Shown piece by piece: positions 57,020 through 64,000 of a DNA stretch of 64,000 bases. Every line of letters begins with the position of its first letter. The stretch's first letter is position 1. Under the pieces are notes generated by a model that saw only the letters and a list, made by a program, of their open reading frames with translations, was not told the origin of the DNA and did not search any database. The DNA is from Candidatus Omnitrophota bacterium. Lineage in GTDB: Bacteria > Omnitrophota > Gorgyraeia > Tantalellales > Tantalellaceae. The position numbers and the translations under genes are program-made. The stretch lies in the NCBI GenBank assembly GCA_014728045.1, contig WJMH01000012.1, forward strand, positions 63,239-127,238, written 5' to 3'.

Positions 57020-57970
57020 ATGGCGAACGAAAGTGTCCTGAAAAGGTATAAGGGCAACCCCATAATCACCGCCAGCGCGGTACCCAGGGCCAACAGTATA
57101 CATAACAGCGCTGTAGTCCCTTTTGAAGACGGATATGCGGGGATATTCCGCGTGGACGAAATAGACTTCAATTTCACCATGCACGTGGGTTTCAGCAAGG
57201 ACGGTATCAAGTGGGATATAGAACCGGATATACTGAAGATGGAGTGCGACGACGAATATCTCAGGATAACCGACAGGACCTATGATCCCAGGCTTACAAA
57301 GATAGGCGATACGTATTATTTCACCTGGTGTCTGGATTCGCCCCAGGGGCCAGTGATAGGAATGGCAACCACCAAGGATTTCAAAAGGTTCGAACAGAAA
57401 GAGAACCTGACGCTGCCGGCGAACAGGAACTGCGTTATCTTCCCCCGGAAGATAAACGGTAAGTATGCCATGCTCAGCAGGCCGAGCGACAGAGGGCACA
57501 CTCCCTTCGGGGACATGTTCTTCTCCTCGAGCCCTGACCTTGTCAACTGGGGCTGTCACCGTTTCGTTTTCGGTACCACCAGGAGCAGCTGGCAATCCAC
57601 TAAGATAGGCCCCGGTCCGGCGCCGATAGAGACCGAGCATGGGTGGCTTCTGATCTACCACGGCGTTTGGACGAGCTGTAACGGCTACCTTTATTACGCC
57701 GGCGGGGCGATACTGGACCTTGAAGAACCCTGGAAGGTCCTTTACAGGACAAAGGATTACCTCCTTGCCCCTTCGGAACCGTATGAAAGGGTGGGGGATG
57801 TCCCTAACGTTGTCTTCCCCAGTTCGGCGATAGTCAATGACGGCACGATCCGTATTTATTACGGATGCGCCGATACATGTATATCCATAGCCGAGGGGGA
57901 GATCGAAGAAGTGATCGATTATATAAAGACCCATAGCTATGAAGCCACGGGAGGCTATAAAAGGGCTTGA
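57020..57970 (+). CDS. GH130-family glycosidase / beta-mannoside phosphorylase
   Basis: 'NPIITASAVP...NSAVVPFEDGYAGIFRVD' N-terminus and 5-bladed propeller-sized protein typical of GH130. Confidence 0.7.
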   Translation: MANESVLKRYKGNPIITASAVPRANSIHNSAVVPFEDGYAGIFRVDEIDFNFTMHVGFSKDGIKWDIEPDILKMECDDEYLRITDRTYDPRLTKIGDTYYFTWCLDSPQGPVIGMATTKDFKRFEQKENLTLPANRNCVIFPRKINGKYAMLSRPSDRGHTPFGDMFFSSSPDLVNWGCHRFVFGTTRSSWQSTKIGPGPAPIETEHGWLLIYHGVWTSCNGYLYYAGGAILDLEEPWKVLYRTKDYLLAPSEPYERVGDVPNVVFPSSAIVNDGTIRIYYGCADTCISIAEGEIEEVIDYIKTHSYEATGGYKRA

Positions 57971-58054
57971 GGGTTGAAGATACGTTATTAATATTATATT
58001 TATACTTGAATTTTTTTTTGACCCTGTGATATAATACGCTTCTAAAATAACGGT

Positions 58055-58130
58055 GCCCGCATAGCTCAGCTGGTAGAGCAACTGACTCTTAATCAGTGGG
58101 TCCAAGGTTCGAGCCCTTGTGCGGGTACCA
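58055..58130 (+). tRNA. tRNA-Lys (anticodon CTT)
   Basis: Anticodon loop CTCTTAA, T-loop TTCGAGC, CCA. Confidence 0.85.
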
Positions 58131-58164
58131 TCTTTTTCTTTATAAGAAATTGTACGCAAGTCGA

Positions 58165-58240
58165 GCGGGTGTAGCTCAGTTGGTAGAGCATCACGTTGCC
58201 AACGTGATTGTCGTCGGTTCGAGCCCGATCACCCGCTCCA
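58165..58240 (+). tRNA. tRNA-Gly (anticodon GCC)
   Basis: Acceptor GCGGGTG/CACCCGC, anticodon loop TTGCCAA, CCA. Confidence 0.85.
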
Positions 58241-58336
58241 TTTTTAGAAGACCTCTCTAGTTCAGGAGCTTTCCAGAAAAAATGTTTTAGGTGCGAATAT
58301 ATATTATTGTGGGATAAATAATAAATTAGGAGTGGC

Positions 58337-58810
58337 ATGAACATTATAGATTTACTCTCAAAAGACGCGATATCCGTGGACCTCCAATCGACCGAAAAGG
58401 AGGAGATAATCTCGGAACTGGTAGAACTGCTCGTTTCTTCAGGTTCCATCAAGAAACCGGACAAGGATCTGGTCCTGAAAAAACTTCAGGAAAGGGAGAT
58501 GCTCGGCTCTACGGGTATAGGAAAAGGGGTTGCTATTCCGCATGCCAAGTGCGCCAAGGTAAAGAAAATGGTAGCCGCTCTGGGGATCTCGAAGGAAGGA
58601 ACGGACTTCAAATCCCTGGACGGGGAAGCGACACATATTTTCTTTCTCCTTATAGCGCCGGGCGAGACTCCCGGTCCCCATCTTAAGGCGCTGGCCAAGA
58701 TATCACGTCTTTTGGACGACAAGTTCGTCAGGGACAGGCTGCTTTCGGCTTCATCGCCGCAGGAGATATTGAAGATAGTCAAAGACGAAGAACTTAAAAA
58801 AGTAGCCTGA
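58337..58810 (+). CDS. ptsN: PTS EIIA(Ntr)-type nitrogen regulatory protein
   Basis: 'GVAIPHAKC' active-site His region and EIIA fructose/Ntr-type fold length. Confidence 0.75.
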   Translation: MNIIDLLSKDAISVDLQSTEKEEIISELVELLVSSGSIKKPDKDLVLKKLQEREMLGSTGIGKGVAIPHAKCAKVKKMVAALGISKEGTDFKSLDGEATHIFFLLIAPGETPGPHLKALAKISRLLDDKFVRDRLLSASSPQEILKIVKDEELKKVA

Positions 58811-58829
58811 TCAGGATACAAGGATAAGC

Positions 58830-60080
58830 ATGAAGCGGCTAAAGTGGTTATATCCCGGGATGCTCATAAAGCGGTGGATATTCCTTACGGTCTTCGGGAT
58901 ACTTCTGGTCTCGATGGGGTTTGTGATAGTCATACTTGAACGCAACCCCGAGAACAAGGCCATAGCGGGCCTTGTCATTATCTCCGGTATACTTTGCGTG
59001 ATAATAGCCGTAAAGAGGATACTCAAGTCGCTCATGGCGGCCCTGGTGCCGGAGCCGGGACGGGCCGAGAACCTGCTGGTAGAGAAGATATATGAAAAAC
59101 GCATCCTGGAAAAAGGTCCCAAGATAGTCGTTGTCGGCGGCGGGACCGGGCTGTCCACCCTCTTGACGGGGCTTAAGCAGAAGACGAGCAACATTACCGC
59201 TATCGTCACGGTAGCCGATGACGGGGGCTCTAGTGGCAGACTGCGGGAAGAGTTCGACGTTCTGCCGCCGGGGGATATACGCAACTGTCTGGTGGCCCTT
59301 TCCGATTCAGAGGATTTGCTGGGCGCTCTTTTCCAGTTCAGGTTCAGTGAGGGCAGAGAGCTCAGGGGACATAATTTCGGGAATCTTTTCATTACCGCTC
59401 TTTCACAGGTTACGGGGGATTTCGCCAGGGCGATCAGGGAATCCAGCAAGGTCTTGGCCATAAGGGGCAACGTGGTGCCCGCTACTCTTGAAAAGGTCAG
59501 GCTTGTTGCCAAAAGGGAGGACGGCAAGGAGACGGTGGGGGAAAGCCGCATACGCGAAGAGGGCAACAGCCCCATCAACCGCCTGACGCTTACGCCTGAC
59601 GGGTGCGAAGCCGCAAGGGAATCCGTCGAGGCGATAAGAGAGGCCGATGCCATTATACTCGGCCCGGGCAGTCTTTACACGAGCGTAATGCCCAATCTGC
59701 TCATTGAAGGGATAAAGCGAGAGATAATCAGGTCAAAAGTGCCCAAGATATACATATGCAACGTAATGACCGAAGCGGGGGAGACGGACTATTATTCTGT
59801 AAGCGACCACGTGAGGGCGATCATAAAGCATACGCATCCGGCGATAATCAATTACTGCGTAGGGAATGTTTCACGGATCCCCAAGCCGTTGTATGAGAAA
59901 TACGCGAAGGAGAACAAGTTCCCGGTGAAGCTTGATGAGAACGACGAACGGTGGCTCAGACAAGAGAACATAACATTGGTCAAAGCGCACATAGCCAGCA
60001 TGAAAGAATTCGTCAGGCACGACACGCATAAATTGAGCGACGTGATCGTAAGGATATTGAACGAACACAAGAAAAAATGA
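58830..60080 (+). CDS. YvcK/CofD-family (UPF0052, gluconeogenesis factor-like) protein with N-terminal two-TM anchor
   Basis: 'KIVVVGGGTGLSTLL', 'VTVADDGGSSGRLR', 'GDIRNCLVAL' preceded by two hydrophobic helices. Confidence 0.75.
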   Translation: MKRLKWLYPGMLIKRWIFLTVFGILLVSMGFVIVILERNPENKAIAGLVIISGILCVIIAVKRILKSLMAALVPEPGRAENLLVEKIYEKRILEKGPKIVVVGGGTGLSTLLTGLKQKTSNITAIVTVADDGGSSGRLREEFDVLPPGDIRNCLVALSDSEDLLGALFQFRFSEGRELRGHNFGNLFITALSQVTGDFARAIRESSKVLAIRGNVVPATLEKVRLVAKREDGKETVGESRIREEGNSPINRLTLTPDGCEAARESVEAIREADAIILGPGSLYTSVMPNLLIEGIKREIIRSKVPKIYICNVMTEAGETDYYSVSDHVRAIIKHTHPAIINYCVGNVSRIPKPLYEKYAKENKFPVKLDENDERWLRQENITLVKAHIASMKEFVRHDTHKLSDVIVRILNEHKKK

Positions 60081-60087
60081 GGAACGC

Positions 60088-62097
60088 GTGAAAGCGGCAA
60101 AGTTCGCAATGGCGTTTCATTGCTATCAACCGGTCTTTAACTTTGTATCGGAATTTGAGAATGCGTATGAAAAGGCGTATCTGCCCCTTGTTGATACCCT
60201 GGGAGGATATCCCCGGGTCAGGGCGTCATTGCATTTTTCAGGTAATATGCTCGAATGGCTGGACGGGCGGCACCCGGATTATCTGGATAAGCTCAGGCTG
60301 CTGCTCGATCGGGACCAGATAGAGATACTGGGTGGAGGCTGTTACGAGCCGGTAATGGCCATAATACCCGAGCGGGACAGGGTGGAACAGCTCAGGCTGA
60401 CAGAAACCCTTATCCAAAGGCTCTTTGGAGTGAAGCCGGAAGGCGCATGGCTCGCCGAAAGGGTGTGGGACCCCTCCCTTGCGGACACACTTAGCGGAGC
60501 GGGGATCAAATACACGATAGTTGACGACCACCACCTGGAAATGGCGGGTTTCGGTGAAAAGGTGTTCGCGCCGTGCTTTACCAGCGGTGAAAAGGGCAGG
60601 GTGGCTTTATTCGCCTGCCTGAAAGCGCTCAGATATTCGATACCTTTCAGGCCTCCGCGGGCATCGATAGGGTACATGAAGAGTATCGCTGCCGCAAGAG
60701 GTGATGAACCCACGTGTTTCTTCTTCGCCGATGACGGCGAGAAGTTCGGTGCCTGGCCGCATACGTACAGATGGGTTCACAAGAGGGGATGGCTCAAGAG
60801 TTTTTTCGCTCTTTTACAGGATAATGCGTCATGGCTTGAGACGGTCAGATATTCTGATGTTCTCTCCAGCGTCGAATGCGAGGAAGTGGGCAATGTGCCG
60901 CCTTCAAGTTACGCAGAGATGATGGGCTGGAGCGGCGGGGACTTCAGGAACTTCCTCGGGAAATACCCCGAGGCGGACAGGATGCACAAAAGGATGCTTT
61001 CTGTGAGCGATGCTATAAACGCGCATGGAATCGCCTGCGAGAGAACCCGGGCCGCGAGGAAAGAGCTTTTCAAGGCACAGTCGAACTGTGCTTACTGGCA
61101 CGGCACTTTCGGCGGACTTTACCTGCCGCATCTTCGAAGCGGTGTGTACAGGCATCTGATAAGGGCGCAGGACATGATAGAGCCACCTGAAAGGGAAAAG
61201 CTCCGGAATTTCCAGTGCGTGGAAGTGGACCTCGGCTCCGCGGGCAGTGAGACCCTGCTGGGAAGCGGGCATCTGGACATTTATATAAGTCCCGGTGAAG
61301 GAGCTTCGGTAAGAGAGCTCGCCCACAAGGCTTCAAGCAGTAACCTGGTCAACACACTGACGCGTGTAAAGGAAAAGTACCATGATAAGCTGGGCAGGGG
61401 TTTTTCGCTCAGGGTGAGGAAGGCCAGAAGGGCCATTTTCCGGGGAGAGCACGCTGATATACATGACGTTCTAGGCGCGGCCGAGAAAGGCCTTAAAAAA
61501 CACCTGATCTATGATAATTATCGGAGGGGATCTTTTCTCTCGCATGTTTTCCTGGAAAAATTCCCGTGGAAGGACCTGGCTTCGGGTAGATCCGGATGCA
61601 GCAGCTTCCTCAAGGGGGGATATTCCTCCTCCGTGAGAACGCATAGTGGATTCATTACATGCGACCTTGCAAGGAGAAGCGTTGTCCCTTCAGCCGGTGG
61701 GGCATCTTGCGAGGTGGGGATGGCTAAACGCGTGATGCTTGGAGAAGGGCCGGCCGTGATGTTCTCTGAGAGGCTTGAAAAATATTCCTCCGGCAGATAT
61801 GATTTGAGGCATGCGGTGGAATTCAATTTTCTTGTCTGGGATAAAAAGGTGATTTCGCGTCAAAGGTTATTGCGAACGGATGCTTTATCGCTGAAAGACA
61901 TGTACTCGGGCACGGTGCTCGATTTTTACATGGACAAAAAATATACGGTCTATGCCAGACCGGTTTATACGGTCAACGAGACCGAAATAGGACTTAAGAA
62001 AATGTTCCAGGGGATATCCGTCTTCATAGGGAATGATATCGTCCTGGACGATCAGAGAGGATCGGATCGGATAAAAGTGACCATAGCGATAGGATAG
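60088..62097 (+). CDS. GH57-family alpha-glucan-active enzyme (amylase / glucanotransferase / branching type)
   Basis: 'AFHCYQPVFNF', 'HFSGNMLEWL', 'ILGGGCYEPVMAIIPERD', 'FFADDGEKFGAWPH' are conserved GH57 blocks. Confidence 0.7.
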   Translation: MKAAKFAMAFHCYQPVFNFVSEFENAYEKAYLPLVDTLGGYPRVRASLHFSGNMLEWLDGRHPDYLDKLRLLLDRDQIEILGGGCYEPVMAIIPERDRVEQLRLTETLIQRLFGVKPEGAWLAERVWDPSLADTLSGAGIKYTIVDDHHLEMAGFGEKVFAPCFTSGEKGRVALFACLKALRYSIPFRPPRASIGYMKSIAAARGDEPTCFFFADDGEKFGAWPHTYRWVHKRGWLKSFFALLQDNASWLETVRYSDVLSSVECEEVGNVPPSSYAEMMGWSGGDFRNFLGKYPEADRMHKRMLSVSDAINAHGIACERTRAARKELFKAQSNCAYWHGTFGGLYLPHLRSGVYRHLIRAQDMIEPPEREKLRNFQCVEVDLGSAGSETLLGSGHLDIYISPGEGASVRELAHKASSSNLVNTLTRVKEKYHDKLGRGFSLRVRKARRAIFRGEHADIHDVLGAAEKGLKKHLIYDNYRRGSFLSHVFLEKFPWKDLASGRSGCSSFLKGGYSSSVRTHSGFITCDLARRSVVPSAGGASCEVGMAKRVMLGEGPAVMFSERLEKYSSGRYDLRHAVEFNFLVWDKKVISRQRLLRTDALSLKDMYSGTVLDFYMDKKYTVYARPVYTVNETEIGLKKMFQGISVFIGNDIVLDDQRGSDRIKVTIAIG

Positions 62098-62376
62098 TTG
62101 ATGGAGATCAGAAAAGAAATAGTCGTTAAGAACAAGACCGGGCTTCACGCCAGGCCCGCTGCCTTGTTCGTTCAGATAGCTAATAAATACCAGAGCGACA
62201 TAACGATAATCAAGGATGACCAGGAGGTCAACGGGAAATCCATAATGGGTATACTTATGCTCGCCGCGGAAAAGGGTTCAAAGGTGACCATAGTGGCCAA
62301 TGGTGAGGATGCTGAGCATGCCGTTAAGGAGTTGGAAGAGATACTGCTTAACGACATGGAGCCTGAAAAATTCTGA
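62098..62376 (+). CDS. ptsH: phosphocarrier protein HPr
   Basis: '[13 protein letters not shown]' with active His, 92 aa. Confidence 0.85.
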   Translation: MMEIRKEIVVKNKTGLHARPAALFVQIANKYQSDITIIKDDQEVNGKSIMGILMLAAEKGSKVTIVANGEDAEHAVKELEEILLNDMEPEKF

Positions 62377-62410
62377 ATAACAGGTGGCAGGAAGAAGAGG
62401 GGACTAATCT

Positions 62411-64000
62411 GATGGCTGATAATAAGAAGTCTTCCAAGAAGAAACAGATCCAGCTTAAGGGGATCCCGGCAGCGCCCGGTATCGCGATAGGAAAAGCTCA
62501 TGTTTTCGGCACGGAGGACATGATACCCCAGGAACGCAAGATATCCGAATCAGAGGTATCCGGCGAGATAGACAGGTTCAAGCGGGCTCTTGCCGAGACC
62601 AGGAAAGAGGTCCTTGCCATTGAAAGAAGGATCTCCAAGGAAATGGGGGTAGAGCACGGGAGTATATTCAGGGCGCATCTTCTGGTTCTCGAGGACAGCG
62701 TGCTCGTGCAGGAGGTCATCTCCCGCCTTAAAAAGAGGAAAAAGAATATCGAGACCATCTTCGCGGAAGTGCTCAATAAGTACATAAGCGTTCTGTCTTC
62801 GGCCAAGGACGAATACCTCAGGGACAGGGTAAGCGATATAACCGATGTGGGAAAAAGGATACTTCGCAACCTGATCGGAGCCGAAGAAAGGAGCATGGAA
62901 GGGCTTCACGATAAATCCATTATAATCTCCTATGACCTTTCTCCTTCGGATACTGCAATGATGCACAAAGGCCGGGTGATAGGCTTCGCTACCGATATTG
63001 GCGGCAGGACCTCACATACCGCCATCATGGCGAAATCCCTGGAGATACCCGCAGTGGTCGGGCTGGAATCCATTACCGACGTGGTCAAGAACGGCGACCA
63101 GGTGATACTTGACGGTACGCACGGTGTGGTCATAGTCAACCCCACCAAGAGATTTCTTGACAAATACCATAAGGAGAAGAAGAAGCTCGAGAATCTTGAA
63201 AAGGAACTCGTCGAGCTTAAGACCCTCCCCAGCGAAACGACCGATAACAAGAAGGTCACCGTTGCGGGTAATATAGAGCTTCCCGAGGACGTGGCAAGTG
63301 TCATCTCCCACGGCGCCGAAGGCATAGGTCTTTACAGGACCGAATATTTCTATATGAACCGGCGGGATCTGCCCAGCGAAGAGGAACAGTTCAACGCCTA
63401 CAAATCCGTGGCCCTCAGGATAAAACCCCATTGTGTCGTTATAAGGACCCTTGACCTGGGCGGGGATAAGTTCCTTTCGCAGCTTGAGGTCCCGAGGGAG
63501 ATGAACCCGTTCTTGGGGTGGAGGGCGATACGCTTCTGCCTCGCCAGACCTGATATCTTCAAAGCCCAGCTGAGGGCGATACTCAGGGCCTCGGCGTTCG
63601 GTAACCTTAAGCTGATGTATCCGATGATATCCGGTGTCGGGGAGCTCAGGCAGGCAAATATGCTCCTTTCGGAGGTTAAGGAAGATCTGCGCAAGGAAAA
63701 GGTCAAGTTCAATAAGGATATCCCGGTCGGGGCGATGATAGAAGTGCCCTCGGCTGCCATTACCAGTGACGTGCTGGCCAAGGAAGTCGATTTTTTCAGT
63801 ATCGGCACCAACGATCTGATCCAGTATTCACTGGCTGTTGACAGGGTGAACGAAAAGATAGCCTATCTTTATGAGCCCACTCATCCGGCTGTTCTTAACC
63901 TCATAAAGCAGGTGATAGACAACGGGCACAGTGAGAACATACCCGTGGCCCTGTGCGGTGAGATGGCGGGGGATATTTCGCTTACCATGATACTGCTCGG
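62411..64000 (+). CDS. ptsI: PTS Enzyme I (3'-truncated by window end)
   Basis: '[16 protein letters not shown]', '[21 protein letters not shown]', '[18 protein letters not shown]', 'CGEMAG'. Confidence 0.85.

Noticed and set aside
56867-58159. 430-aa minus-strand ORF spanning the GH130 gene and the tRNA-Lys/Gly region
   Set aside because: It runs antisense to a well-supported GH130 CDS and through two tRNA genes. No recognisable motifs; it is a shadow ORF.
58093-58464. 123-aa minus ORF overlapping tRNA-Gly/tRNA-Lys and the ptsN start
   Set aside because: It overlaps two tRNA genes and the ptsN promoter region; it is an artefact.
1-64000. CRISPR arrays, transposases, integrases, toxin-antitoxin pairs
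   Set aside because: No CRISPR-like periodic repeats, Cas genes, transposase/integrase motifs or short adjacent TA-like ORF pairs were seen. The only mobile-element signature is the direct-repeat-flanked islet at ssrA.

Overview
This 64 kb window comes from a chromosomal region of a bacterium with roughly 50-55% GC. Coding is dense and mostly on the + strand, and the gene content looks Gram-negative (ArnT/ArnC-type lipid glycosylation genes, an AsmA-like protein, an outer-membrane beta-barrel). The phylum cannot be assigned from sequence alone.

Features present in the window, in order:
(i) 1-8.8 kb: a carbohydrate-uptake locus. It has two ABC permeases, a membrane-anchored pair of paralogous TIM-barrel glycoside hydrolases (one fused to an F5/8 discoidin domain), tandem paralogous secreted beta-sandwich proteins, a ROK regulator and a solute-binding lipoprotein.
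(ii) 9-12.7 kb: a 908-aa orphan membrane protein. Converging on it is a minus-strand operon encoding a mini-protein with two MshEN/GspE-N-like motifs and an outer-membrane beta-barrel.
(iii) 13.2-17.2 kb: htpX followed by an ArnT-like, ArnC-like and YdjC-deacetylase cassette.
(iv) 17.5-20.3 kb: tRNA-Leu, then smpB-ssrA. A 1.5 kb AT-rich islet sits at the 3' end of the tmRNA, flanked by 66-bp direct repeats, and encodes a COG1373-type AAA ATPase with a DUF4143 domain.
(v) 22-27 kb: a histidine kinase, two receiver-only regulators and a CopB-like P1B ATPase.
(vi) 27-46 kb: housekeeping and stress genes. These are split transketolase, an HPF-cold-shock-domain fusion, an MBL hydrolase, a PRTase, a DLH, msrAB, murI, class I fumarase, rph and rdgB. 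Inside this stretch is a glycoside hydrolase + GT4 + second-Enzyme-I block.
(vii) 46.6-55.3 kb: a cassette bracketed by tRNA genes. It encodes a SplB-like radical SAM protein, a secreted SagB-like nitroreductase, a DUF1704/QEGLA (MATCAP-type) protein, two ATP-grasp proteins and CstA.
(viii) 55-64 kb: nadE, a GH130 enzyme, two tRNAs, and a PTS-Ntr-like regulatory block (ptsN, a membrane-anchored YvcK homolog, GH57, ptsH, ptsI).

No CRISPR array, transposase or integrase gene was recognised. The two stretches I consider most likely to hide undescribed biology are the tmRNA-attached ATPase islet and the tRNA-bracketed DUF1704 / ATP-grasp / radical-SAM cassette. All functional calls are from reading motifs by eye; no searches were run.
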